Source of the DNA: a virus
IMG/VR virus record: IMGVR_UViG_3300025626_000004
Direction: 5' to 3' (one strand)
Length of the DNA: 64,000 bases
The notes beneath the pieces were generated by a model. It did no database searches. It was not told the origin of the DNA and saw nothing but the letters and a program-made list of their open reading frames with translations. This document shows positions 39,693-48,882 of this stretch, one piece after another (the first letter of the stretch is position 1; the number at the start of each line of letters is the position of its first letter). The translations under genes were made by a program, and so were the position numbers.

Positions 39693-40172
39693 ATGATATA
39701 TAATGGAAAAGTTTCGGCAGAATTTATTCGGCAACGCGATGTTAAAGTTGAAAAGGACAAACGAGATTTTCACTCAGCAACTAGACAATGGGATTTTGAA
39801 TTCCCTGAATATCATCAAGCCTCTTTAAATAATGGCCATGTTCTATATGAAGGCTTTGAGTACGATACGACACATAACTTTTTTGGCAATTGCGATTTTA
39901 AGCATGTGAATGCAAAACAACAAATACATATTTCAAAATACATCTATGACAAATTATGTAAAGGCATCATAGAGCATATAGTTACTTGGAAATTTGTAGA
40001 CAGAAATTGGAAACAGCATCTAGCAGAAAATGATATTATAAAATACGATGTTTTAGATTACATTTCTACCGATGATATTTTACGTGCTATAAGCGACAAC
40101 ACTAGTATTTGTGGGTGTACAATTAACTTGGGTAATGGTATAATTGTTAAAACTCAAGAGGACAGCTTATGA
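39693..40172 (+). CDS. hypothetical protein, possible PD-(D/E)xK nuclease
   Basis: E..E ... YD ... DFK spacing. Confidence 0.4.
   Translation: MIYNGKVSAEFIRQRDVKVEKDKRDFHSATRQWDFEFPEYHQASLNNGHVLYEGFEYDTTHNFFGNCDFKHVNAKQQIHISKYIYDKLCKGIIEHIVTWKFVDRNWKQHLAENDIIKYDVLDYISTDDILRAISDNTSICGCTINLGNGIIVKTQEDSL
40116..40144 (+). promoter_or_regulatory. early promoter (TGTACA-N17-TATAAT)
   Basis: Consensus upstream of the 40169 operon. Confidence 0.7.
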
Positions 40173-40480
40173 AATATGATACTGGTAAACCACAATTAGA
40201 TCTAATCCCATCTGATCAACTCAATGCAATTGCAGAAGTACTTGGCTTTGGCGCTAATAAGTACGGTCGTAATAACTGGCGTGATGACGGTGCAACCACT
40301 AGCTGGTCTCGTACGTACTCATCTATACAACGCCACCTCACCTCTTGGAATAACAATGAAGATTTAGATCCTGAATCTGGAAATACTCATCTAGCACATG
40401 CATGTACCCAACTTATCATATTGATGCAACACATTGCTGATGGTCATAATAACATGGATGATAGATATAAAAATGAATGA
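40169..40480 (+). CDS. dATP/dGTP diphosphohydrolase domain protein (DUF5664-like)
   Basis: KYDTGKP..DLIP, FGANKYG.NNW, RHL, DPESG..HLAHA. Confidence 0.8.
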   Translation: MKYDTGKPQLDLIPSDQLNAIAEVLGFGANKYGRNNWRDDGATTSWSRTYSSIQRHLTSWNNNEDLDPESGNTHLAHACTQLIILMQHIADGHNNMDDRYKNE

Positions 40481-40664
40481 ACCTAATGTAAAAAATAAGA
40501 TGATGGAATTAAATCGTCCTATTGATGAAGCAATTCTTATGTGTGACAACCGCGAAGAAATACTAATGTTGGCTTCAATGATGCTTATTAGTATCAAAGA
40601 TATTTTTGATGCTCAACTTGGCATTGAAGGCCGAAAAGATATGTTTAAGGGTATGTTAAAATGA
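40473..40664 (+). CDS. hypothetical protein
   Basis: Operon-coupled ORF. Confidence 0.65.
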   Translation: MNEPNVKNKMMELNRPIDEAILMCDNREEILMLASMMLISIKDIFDAQLGIEGRKDMFKGMLK

Positions 40665-40918
40665 ATGATGGTAAAATGAGATTACACGATCTTGAGCCAA
40701 TGATAATGGATTGTTGGAGTGTTTGTAATGATTTGGAAACAGTATTTAAGCAAATAGGTGATGGTGAACGTGTACCGACAGAAGATGAGCTTATGAATGC
40801 TTTAATTGGTATACAGCAAGTATATCAATGGAAGTTTGAACAGTTGTTTTATAACTATGAAATGTTATTGCAATCACAACGCAATCGCAATGAGGAGAAC
40901 ACAAATGATAGCTGGTAA
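40661..40918 (+). CDS. hypothetical protein
   Basis: ATGA-coupled ORF. Confidence 0.7.
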   Translation: MNDGKMRLHDLEPMIMDCWSVCNDLETVFKQIGDGERVPTEDELMNALIGIQQVYQWKFEQLFYNYEMLLQSQRNRNEENTNDSW

Positions 40919-41246
40919 AGTATGGGGACAAACAGAACTCTTAGAAGCAAACGGAGCTTTAGAGTTTCATCGTATTGAGATGAACGAAGGCGGCACATGC
41001 TCTAAGCATTTACACGAATTTAAATGGAACGGTTTTTACGTTGAATCGGGTATTATGAAAGTTCTTGTTTGGCAAAACTCTTATGATTTAGTCGATGAAA
41101 CTATTATTGGTCCAGGTCAATATCACAAAGTGCCACCAGGCGTATACCATCAATTTGAATGTATCCAATCGGGTGTTGCGTTTGAATTATATTGGGCCGA
41201 GTTTAACCACAACGATATTAAGCGTGAAACTGTAGGTCACGCGTGA
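40905..41246 (+). CDS. cupin protein (sugar isomerase-like)
   Basis: [24 protein letters not shown]; GAGGAG RBS. Confidence 0.75.
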   Translation: MIAGKVWGQTELLEANGALEFHRIEMNEGGTCSKHLHEFKWNGFYVESGIMKVLVWQNSYDLVDETIIGPGQYHKVPPGVYHQFECIQSGVAFELYWAEFNHNDIKRETVGHA

Positions 41247-41247
41247 A

Positions 41248-41586
41248 ATGAAGTACGTTATTGATATTGATGGTACTATATGTAAGGAAGTAATTATTCC
41301 CGATAGTGGTGGTAAGAAAGATTATGCCAACCACATTCCAATGCCCGAGCGTATTGCAAAAGTAAATGCATTGTATGATGCAGGACACACAATTAAGTAT
41401 ATGACAGCACGTGGTTGTGTAAGTGGTGTAGACTATTATAGACTAACACACAATCAACTAGTGGAATGGGGTGCGAAGCATCATGAACTAAGCGTTGGTG
41501 AAAAAGAAAACTACGACATCTGGATTGACGATAAAGCCTTTTGGAGTGAAAACTTTTTTCGTGAGACAGGAGAAAGCTATGAGTAG
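41248..41586 (+). CDS. small HAD-family phosphatase
   Basis: DIDGTIC, TARG, WIDDKA. Confidence 0.8.
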   Translation: MKYVIDIDGTICKEVIIPDSGGKKDYANHIPMPERIAKVNALYDAGHTIKYMTARGCVSGVDYYRLTHNQLVEWGAKHHELSVGEKENYDIWIDDKAFWSENFFRETGESYE

Positions 41587-41776
41587 CTGGCACTATCAAC
41601 TAATGCGCCACAAAGATGAAAGCCTTGCAGTACACGAATACTATCCGGGTGATAGGGCCGCGGGTTGGACCATAGAACCAATTAGTATTGTTGGGGATGA
41701 TGTTGAGGATGTTAAGAAGTCAATTCAAATGATTCTTGCCGACATTGATAAGCATGGAATTAAAAGTTATGAGTAA
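41579..41776 (+). CDS. hypothetical protein
   Basis: AGGAG RBS; coupled ORF. Confidence 0.65.
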   Translation: MSSWHYQLMRHKDESLAVHEYYPGDRAAGWTIEPISIVGDDVEDVKKSIQMILADIDKHGIKSYE

Positions 41777-41963
41777 AGTCTTAATGTGTGATCCACCCAG
41801 CGGATGGAAGTATGGATTTCCTAAACCGTTACCAGCGGACTTGCCTAAGAACGAAAGTATAATCCCTTGGTTGTTAGAGCAAGGCTATCCACAAGCAGAG
41901 GTTGATGCATGTGGTAAACATTTTTACTGTAGGTATTGGGAGACGGAGGTAGATGATGAGTAA
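41769..41963 (+). CDS. hypothetical protein (DPPSGWKYGFPK motif)
   Basis: Coupled ORF. Confidence 0.65.
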   Translation: MSKVLMCDPPSGWKYGFPKPLPADLPKNESIIPWLLEQGYPQAEVDACGKHFYCRYWETEVDDE

Positions 41964-42750
41964 ATTCATTGCAGCGATGGATCACAGTGGTGGTTCGACT
42001 GGCGGCGTATTAGAACGCTACGGACAAGAATATACCGAATCAAACAAGATGGACAAAGTTCATGCTATGCGTTTGCGTATGCTTGCTTGCCCAGCATTTA
42101 CATCTGACGCTATTTCAGGTGCTATCTTATATAAAGACACCGTTGAGCGTGGTATAGTTCCTATTCTACGAAAAAAAGGAATCACACCATATTTAAAGAT
42201 TGATAATGGATGTGAACAAGACGGCACGCTTAAACCCTTTGATGTTGATGGTATGTGCGATTATTCCAGGGCCCACAATATTGTTGGTACTAAGATGCGA
42301 TCGATTATTAAAAGCCAAGATGGACTTTGGCCTGTACTAGAACAGCAATTTAGATTTGCTGGTCATATTGCTAGCCGTGGATTGATTCCAATTGTTGAAC
42401 CTGAGATTCCTATCGACAGTCCTGAAAAAGAGGCATTAGAAAATAGTCTTGCCAAAGCTTTACCACACTATTTGAGCACATTCAAAAAGAAGCTAATTCT
42501 TAAATTGACATTGCCTGAAAGAGAAAACCTGTATGTAAATTTGTCTATGTATAAGTGTGTAGCTAAAACTGTAGGATTATCAGGTGGATATTCTACTGAT
42601 GTTGCTTGTTACAAATTAAAACGAAATACTTCTATGGGTGCCAGCTTCAGTAGGGCTTTGACCGAAGGTCTTACAATCAGTCAAAACGATAATCAGTTCA
42701 ATATTAAGTTGGCTTCTAATATTCAAAAAATTAAAGCAGCAGCGTCATGA
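41953..42750 (+). CDS. fructose-bisphosphate aldolase class I
   Basis: FIAAMDHSGGST, LKIDNG, GTKMRS, PIVEPE, LKLTLP, LSGGYS, SFSRAL. Confidence 0.88.
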   Translation: MMSKFIAAMDHSGGSTGGVLERYGQEYTESNKMDKVHAMRLRMLACPAFTSDAISGAILYKDTVERGIVPILRKKGITPYLKIDNGCEQDGTLKPFDVDGMCDYSRAHNIVGTKMRSIIKSQDGLWPVLEQQFRFAGHIASRGLIPIVEPEIPIDSPEKEALENSLAKALPHYLSTFKKKLILKLTLPERENLYVNLSMYKCVAKTVGLSGGYSTDVACYKLKRNTSMGASFSRALTEGLTISQNDNQFNIKLASNIQKIKAAAS

Positions 42751-43178
42751 TTATTGGTTTCACGGCATCGACATTTGACTTGCTTCATGCCGGACATATT
42801 TCTATGCTACGTGAAGCCAGGACACAGTGTGACTATCTAATATGTGGATTACAGGTTGATCCAAGTATTGATAGGAAAAAAAAGAACCCACCAGTCCAGT
42901 CTATAGTAGAGCGTCAGGCACAATTAAATGCTATTGAATATGTAGATGAAGTAATTATTTATTGTACAGAAGATGATTTACTTGATATAATCAATATGTA
43001 TCATATAGACGTACGCATTCTTGGCGTCGAATATAAAGATAAAGAATTTACTGGCCGTGATGAATGTCGCAAACGTGGCATTCAAATATATTTTAACAAG
43101 CGTGACCATAGATTTAGCACTAGCGATCTACGTAAACGTGTGATGGAGGCAGAACATGCACGAACTGACAGTAACTGA
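42747..43178 (+). CDS. cytidylyltransferase (TagD-like)
   Basis: FDLLHAGH, RDHRFSTSDLR. Confidence 0.85.
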   Translation: MIIGFTASTFDLLHAGHISMLREARTQCDYLICGLQVDPSIDRKKKNPPVQSIVERQAQLNAIEYVDEVIIYCTEDDLLDIINMYHIDVRILGVEYKDKEFTGRDECRKRGIQIYFNKRDHRFSTSDLRKRVMEAEHARTDSN

Positions 43179-43830
43179 TATTCGCAGCATTTTTATTAAT
43201 GAACTAGCTAATAAGCGTTTTACTATAGACAAGACCGGCGCTAAAACAATAGAAATGATTGGCGCTAGCTTTATTGCTACCGAGCCTTCTATCTTTGGCA
43301 CTGTTAATGAAGAATATGTACGTAAAGAAATTGATTGGTACTTAGGCCTATCCACTAATATCAATGACATATATGGCGACGTATTAGAGTCAGGTAAAGA
43401 ACCACCAAAGGCTTGGCAATACACAGCCAACGACCATGGTGAGATCAATTCTAATTATGGCTATCTCATATATGCTGACAAGTACTTCCGCCAATATGAA
43501 AGTGCGTTAATCGAACTTGAAAATAATCCAGATAGCCGTCGTGCTACTATGATCTACCAACGCCCATCAATCCAAGTTGAATTTCAAGAAAATGGTAAGA
43601 ATGATTTTATCTGTACCAATGCCGTAACTTATTATATTCGTGATGAGAAACTAAGTTGTGTTGTTCAGATGAGATCTAATGATGTTGTCTATGGATATAA
43701 GAATGATTATGCATGGCAGCAATTTGTTCTTAATACACTTGCACAAGATTTAAATGTTGATACTGGTGATATTATGTGGCAAGTACAAAATCTTCACGTG
43801 TATGAAAAGCACTTTGATCTTGTCAAGTAA
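43156..43830 (+). CDS. gp42: dCMP hydroxymethyltransferase (T4 gp42-like)
   Basis: DKTGAKTIE, INSNYG, SRRATMIY.RP, DFICTN, MRSNDVVYGYKNDYAWQ (Asp at the cytosine-specificity position), LHVYEKHF. Confidence 0.88.
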   Translation: MHELTVTDIRSIFINELANKRFTIDKTGAKTIEMIGASFIATEPSIFGTVNEEYVRKEIDWYLGLSTNINDIYGDVLESGKEPPKAWQYTANDHGEINSNYGYLIYADKYFRQYESALIELENNPDSRRATMIYQRPSIQVEFQENGKNDFICTNAVTYYIRDEKLSCVVQMRSNDVVYGYKNDYAWQQFVLNTLAQDLNVDTGDIMWQVQNLHVYEKHFDLVK

Positions 43831-44263
43831 ATGGGATAAGCGTTACTTAGAACTAGCAAGCGTAGTTGCGTCATGGTCTAAGGATCCATCGAGTAAAGTT
43901 GGTGCAGTAGCTGTTGGTGATAAGGGACAAGTGTTATCACAGGGATTTAACGGATTTGCTCGTGGCGTAGACGATACCGAAGAGCGATTAAATACTAGAG
44001 ATCAAAAATACAAGTTTATTGTCCACGCTGAAATGAATGCTATATTCAACGCCGCATTTAGTGGTGTATCTCTTGAAGGATCCGTGTTATATGTAACTGG
44101 ATTGCCATGCTGTTCTGAATGTGCAAAGGGTATTGTTCAGGTTGGTGTCAAGCGTGTAGTTATGGAACTTCCACAATTTAGCAATCCTAGATGGAAAGAT
44201 TCTTGGATGTTATCCGCACAAATGTTTGACGAAGCTGGCGTAAAATATGAGTTTGTGAAATGA
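43820..44263 (+). CDS. cd: dCMP deaminase (start codon uncertain)
   Basis: SKDPSSKVGA, GFNG, HAEMNAI, PCCSECAK. Confidence 0.9.
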   Translation: MSSKWDKRYLELASVVASWSKDPSSKVGAVAVGDKGQVLSQGFNGFARGVDDTEERLNTRDQKYKFIVHAEMNAIFNAAFSGVSLEGSVLYVTGLPCCSECAKGIVQVGVKRVVMELPQFSNPRWKDSWMLSAQMFDEAGVKYEFVK

Positions 44264-45216
44264 ATGTAATAACCAATCCAATATCAAACATACCAAAGAA
44301 TGAGAAGTCTCATGTTCATGGCTGGTCTCAATTATGGAGAGACCAGCTAAAAGCATCTATAGATCACAAGTGCAGTCCTCATATAAGGAAGTCTGACATC
44401 GTGTACATAGAACATGGTGCAAACTTTGGTGGAACACTAAATCTTTTCGGAGGAGCAAACAAAGAGGTCTTTAATAAGATTAATCTTGTAATGTCATGTC
44501 CGAATATTGTATCTTTGGATTGGGATATGCCAGACTATGGATCTATGCTAAAGAAAAGGCTTGAGGCTCCTACTACATACGAAGGTATTACAGAAACATG
44601 GTGCGATGCCGTATCACATCGGATAAAGAGTATCCCGTCACTGAAACAAAAGGATCTCAAGACTGACTCTATTATCTTTGGAGATTCACATACGATAGCG
44701 TTTAGTGGCGCTGGAGACCGCGTGTATCGCACTGATGGTAAGACCCTATATGGAACTGTACATAAAGGGATACAAAAAGAAATTACAGAGTCTGTTGGTA
44801 AGATTACATTTTGTATGGGATCTATTGATATCAGACATCATATTCTCCGTCATCCCGAAGTATCCTTAAAATATACAATTAAAGAGTATGTAAGACAAGC
44901 CAACGAATTAGCAGATGATGTATGGTTCACTGCTCCTGTTCCGGTAGAATTTGAAGGTCGACGTATTCCTAAGTCCGGCTTTTATAAGAAAACTCCATTT
45001 TATGGATCCTGGAAAGACAGGTGGAATCTTACAAACGAGTTCATCGATATGCTACATACTGAATCAAAGGGCAAGGTTATTATGCCACCAAAGGAATGGT
45101 ATACTATGGATGCCGAGAAATATGCAACAACTTACATGGAGCATGGTTCTAGTTTCCACATAGCTCCACCATACTATAGGCGTAATGACTGGGGAGTATC
45201 TCCCTTTGGCGCATAA
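44260..45216 (+). CDS. hypothetical protein with SGNH/GDSL-like C-terminal domain
   Basis: FGDSHT (block I), MGSIDIRHH (block III-like), SSFHI (block V His). Confidence 0.55.
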   Translation: MNVITNPISNIPKNEKSHVHGWSQLWRDQLKASIDHKCSPHIRKSDIVYIEHGANFGGTLNLFGGANKEVFNKINLVMSCPNIVSLDWDMPDYGSMLKKRLEAPTTYEGITETWCDAVSHRIKSIPSLKQKDLKTDSIIFGDSHTIAFSGAGDRVYRTDGKTLYGTVHKGIQKEITESVGKITFCMGSIDIRHHILRHPEVSLKYTIKEYVRQANELADDVWFTAPVPVEFEGRRIPKSGFYKKTPFYGSWKDRWNLTNEFIDMLHTESKGKVIMPPKEWYTMDAEKYATTYMEHGSSFHIAPPYYRRNDWGVSPFGA

Positions 45217-46090
45217 TAATCACGTAGTAGACGGAATAAACCGTGACATTAATCCATTTTATGGAGATCCAAAGGAATACTATTTAGACCTTGCGAAGAA
45301 TTGGGAGGATCCATATGGAGAACCCGTTATTACTGAACATGATGGCGTTCGTGTTATTCGTGATGATTTTTTGGTTGGCTCTAAAGTTCGTGGTGGTGAT
45401 TGTCTTATTAGTAGTCTACCCGATCACATTGATACTATCGCTTATGTTCAACCTCGTAGCGGCCTTGCTGGTGTTAGTATTCTTGATGTGGCTAAACGGC
45501 ACGACAAAGACGTCATGCTTTTTATGCCGTCTTCAAAACGAATCTCAGATCATCAAGCCTGTTGTATTGAGCGAGGAGCTAAAACTAGCTTTCATCGAAT
45601 AGCTGCAATGCCAAATTTAAACCTTATTGCGAAGAAGTGGTCAGACGAAAGAAAAAATGTTTTCTTCATTCCTCTAGGTCTTAAGCATGAAATGGTAACA
45701 GCTGGAATAGTAAAGGTAGCTTCAAATATAACGGCACCAGAAGAAGTATACATTGCCACTTCCACGGGTGTGCTCACACGGGGGCTTCAAATAGCTTGGC
45801 CTAATACTAAATTCACTTCTGTTTGTGTATCTCGCAATATGAAAGCCGGTGAACTTGGAATAGCCGAAGCCGTGTCAGAACCATTAGGATTTCATTCGGC
45901 CGAAAAGAAAGAGAACCTGCCACCATTCCCTACAATAGATACTTATGACGGTAAAGCTTGGAAATATATTCCTAAGAATACTGGTAGAGATATTCTGTTT
46001 TGGAATGTAGGTAAAGAACCAGTACTACAAAATCTTAATTTGCCAGAAACTATTGATTCGTATAGAGATTGGGAAAAAAATGTGGCTTAA
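45206..46090 (+). CDS. PLP-dependent fold-type II enzyme of the phage DNA-hypermodification type
   Basis: IRDD..VGSKVRG (PLP Lys), STGVLTRGL loop, YDGKAW, FWNVG; TTG start after GGGGAG. Confidence 0.75.
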   Translation: MAHNNHVVDGINRDINPFYGDPKEYYLDLAKNWEDPYGEPVITEHDGVRVIRDDFLVGSKVRGGDCLISSLPDHIDTIAYVQPRSGLAGVSILDVAKRHDKDVMLFMPSSKRISDHQACCIERGAKTSFHRIAAMPNLNLIAKKWSDERKNVFFIPLGLKHEMVTAGIVKVASNITAPEEVYIATSTGVLTRGLQIAWPNTKFTSVCVSRNMKAGELGIAEAVSEPLGFHSAEKKENLPPFPTIDTYDGKAWKYIPKNTGRDILFWNVGKEPVLQNLNLPETIDSYRDWEKNVA

Positions 46091-47096
46091 CGAAGAAGCA
46101 ATTGATGTTCTCGTAAACTATTACTATCCAAAAGCAGGATGGCTACAAGACAATGTAAACTGGGGACCGCTAGATTATGAAGGACCGGAAGCAAATAAAA
46201 TCGTTAACGACCCTCTCTTACAAAAGATTGACATCTATGATTGTAAAACAAGAAACGCTGCAGGCTTCTCAAATGTATTACAAGATCTGAGGTTCGGATC
46301 TAAAACTCCTAAGTGGAGATGGCAGAAAGAAGATAGACGTAAGATCTCGGCATCAAACGATGATATTAGTTGGTCTATTGAAACGTGGTTATATACATTT
46401 CTTTGCCATCGTATTACTGGGTCAGGAGCTTCGTTTGAAAATGATCATGGCTATCGTAATAATGTAATTCAACATTGGGGTAAGCATAGAGACATTAAAG
46501 ATATGGCAGAGGATTTGGTGGAGACTAAAGCCTCTGGAAAACCGTTGTTTACGTCTATCGGCAATCAACCTCCAGCTCCTAAGAAGGGAGTTAGTAATGT
46601 TGACTTTATGGTAAATGAATTGCCAGAAGTTATTAATAGATTTACAGATTTTCTTCTCTTAAAAAAAAGAGGTCATAAAGAAATTGTAGATCACCTAAAT
46701 GAGCATAATAAAAAAGCAGGTCATCGTAAATTTAATTTTCAGTACGCTGCTTTCTCTATGGATTGCTCTGACTATTTTCCTGAACACGCTGATGTGGATT
46801 CTCATACATATTTAGGAAACAACGCGGTACGATGCATGAAGAAATTATCTAAAGGCTGGAAAGATGACGACTTCATGGATCTACTGAGAGAACGAACCAA
46901 CGGTAAGCCAAAAGATCTTGAAGATGTTATGTGTGATTTTGTGAGATTTGGGCAAAACTATGTTCCACGAGGTAATGGGACGTTTGATCATATTCCATCA
47001 ACACTATCAAATGCATCTGGATGGACGTCTGGGTGGGAACAAAGGCAAGGTAAACCTCCGGTAATAGGTTTACAACTTGACCAATTTATGGTATAA
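46080..47096 (+). CDS. 5hmU-DNA-kinase-helical / aGPT-Pplase-like DNA modification protein
   Basis: DPLLQK..IY....R, FLCHRI and LEDVMCDFVRF recall DPIL..Y.F.N..R, LFR.F and IE..LCE..KY of that family; recalled by eye only. Confidence 0.5.
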   Translation: MWLNEEAIDVLVNYYYPKAGWLQDNVNWGPLDYEGPEANKIVNDPLLQKIDIYDCKTRNAAGFSNVLQDLRFGSKTPKWRWQKEDRRKISASNDDISWSIETWLYTFLCHRITGSGASFENDHGYRNNVIQHWGKHRDIKDMAEDLVETKASGKPLFTSIGNQPPAPKKGVSNVDFMVNELPEVINRFTDFLLLKKRGHKEIVDHLNEHNKKAGHRKFNFQYAAFSMDCSDYFPEHADVDSHTYLGNNAVRCMKKLSKGWKDDDFMDLLRERTNGKPKDLEDVMCDFVRFGQNYVPRGNGTFDHIPSTLSNASGWTSGWEQRQGKPPVIGLQLDQFMV

Positions 47097-47097
47097 T
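47069..47097 (+). promoter_or_regulatory. early promoter (TTTACA-N17-TATAAT); near-leaderless for ugd
   Basis: Consensus ends 7 nt before the ATG at 47104. Confidence 0.7.
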
Positions 47098-47103
47098 AAA
47101 ATC

Positions 47104-47955
47104 ATGTTAAAAATTACAATCATTGGCCACGGTTTTGTAGGCAAAGCAGTTGACTATGCATTCCAGGATGGCGTAGAAAAACAAATCATAGATCCTAAGA
47201 TAGGAGTGCATTTAAAAGACGTTTCGTTAAATGCAAATCTCACATTCGTATGTCTTCCAACCCCTATGGGTAAAGATGGTAAATGCGACACTTCAATATT
47301 GAAGTCCGTTTTAGATGAAATAAAACATCGCATGAGTGGCATAATTGTAATTAAATCTACCGTTCCGCCAGACGAGGTTAAAGCACTTGTATCTGGGTCT
47401 TCTTCTAAGAGGATAGTTTATAATCCAGAATTTTTAACAGAGCGGAATGCAAACGAAGATATCGTTAATCCATTCATACAGATTCTAGGTGGGGATAAGA
47501 CCACCACAGAAACGTTAGAGCGCTACTACAAAGAATATAGTATATGCAAACCATGCCCCACATATCACATGTCAGCGACGGATGCTAGTTTTGTAAAGTA
47601 CGGAATAAATGCCTTCTTGGCAGCTAAGCTTACTTTCTTTAATGAATTCTATGATGCAGTAAAAGAGTTTGGCGGAAACTATGGCAAGATTGCCAATGCG
47701 ATTGGAACAGATCCTAGAATTGGTGATTCCCATACTCGTGTTCCTGGTTTTGATGGCAAACGTGGTTTTGGTGGTGCATGCTTCCCTAAAGATGTGTCGG
47801 CCTTTATTAACTTTACAACTCAGGCCGGTATGTTGGAATATGTTATGAAACGCAATAACGAATACAGATCTGTGTACGATAAAGATGATCGTGAAAAAGA
47901 ACAAAATATCCAGTATAATATGACTGGCGAAATAGCACATGTGAATGAACGATGA
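47104..47955 (+). CDS. ugd: UDP-glucose/GDP-mannose 6-dehydrogenase (short form)
   Basis: GHGFVG, CLPTP, IKSTVPP, YNPEFL, KYGINAFLA, GFGGACFPKD. Confidence 0.85.
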   Translation: MLKITIIGHGFVGKAVDYAFQDGVEKQIIDPKIGVHLKDVSLNANLTFVCLPTPMGKDGKCDTSILKSVLDEIKHRMSGIIVIKSTVPPDEVKALVSGSSSKRIVYNPEFLTERNANEDIVNPFIQILGGDKTTTETLERYYKEYSICKPCPTYHMSATDASFVKYGINAFLAAKLTFFNEFYDAVKEFGGNYGKIANAIGTDPRIGDSHTRVPGFDGKRGFGGACFPKDVSAFINFTTQAGMLEYVMKRNNEYRSVYDKDDREKEQNIQYNMTGEIAHVNER

Positions 47956-48872
47956 AAGTATTCATAACAGGAATTGCCGGATTTATCGGATATCACTTAG
48001 CTAGAGATCTACAGGCTCTAGGCCATGATGTATCTGGAATGGATGATTATAACGATTACTACGATCCTGAACTGAAAGCTGATAGAACAAATATTTTGAA
48101 TCAACGTCAGATTAGAGTTGATGTACAAGATGTAAAGTATATTGGTCTTATAAAAAATGCTCATAGTGCTGATCTTATAGTACACTTGGCCGCTTATGCC
48201 GGAGTAAGATATTCTTTAGACAATCCACAGTTGTACATTGACAATAATGTTATCGCAACCGCAGAAGTGATTAAGCTGGCCGAAGAATCTGATACGCCAG
48301 TTGTCTATGCTTCGTCTTCTTCTGTATATGGCGGACAAAACTTTACTGAGGATGCCCCGTTCCAACATTTAAGTAATCCATACGCTTGGAGCAAGTATGT
48401 TAATGAGTGTCAGTTTAAACATAGCAAATTGACTTCATCCACGGGATTTAGATTTTTCACTGTGTACGGACCTTATGGTAGACCTGACATGGCACTATAT
48501 ACATTTGTAGATAATATTATGAATGGTAAACCTATTACAGTTAATAATCATGGAGACATGACGCGAGATTTTACTTATGTACAAGACATCATAAATGGTA
48601 TACTATTGCTAATAGATGAGACGATAGTTAATAATGTTCACGATATATACAATATTGGATCCGGCAAGTCTACACAACTTTTACGGTTTATTGAACTTAT
48701 TGAAGACAACTTAGGAATTAAAGCTGAAAAGATTATGGCACCTATGCATCCGGCTGATGTGCAAAATACTTTAGCTGATATTACTAAGATAAAAACCCTA
48801 GGCTATAAGCCTAAAACCACTGTTGAAGCTGGGATAAGTGAATTTGTATCCTGGTATAAATCATATTATTGA
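47952..48872 (+). CDS. NAD-dependent epimerase (UDP-glucuronate 4-epimerase-like)
   Basis: TGIAGFIG, HLAAYAGVRYS, YASSSSVYG, RFFTVYGPYGRPDMA, RDFTYV. Confidence 0.88.
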   Translation: MKVFITGIAGFIGYHLARDLQALGHDVSGMDDYNDYYDPELKADRTNILNQRQIRVDVQDVKYIGLIKNAHSADLIVHLAAYAGVRYSLDNPQLYIDNNVIATAEVIKLAEESDTPVVYASSSSVYGGQNFTEDAPFQHLSNPYAWSKYVNECQFKHSKLTSSTGFRFFTVYGPYGRPDMALYTFVDNIMNGKPITVNNHGDMTRDFTYVQDIINGILLLIDETIVNNVHDIYNIGSGKSTQLLRFIELIEDNLGIKAEKIMAPMHPADVQNTLADITKIKTLGYKPKTTVEAGISEFVSWYKSYY

Positions 48873-48882
48873 GGAGACACGC

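Noticed and set aside
40169-40480. Evidence for a Z-genome (diaminopurine) or deazaguanine pathway
   Set aside because: No purZ, datZ, que/fol or dpdA genes are recognisable in the window
43156-43830. Calling this gene thymidylate synthase (thyA)
   Set aside because: It lacks the PCH motif, carries the gp42-type DFxCTN and ND motifs, and a true ThyX is present at 52477
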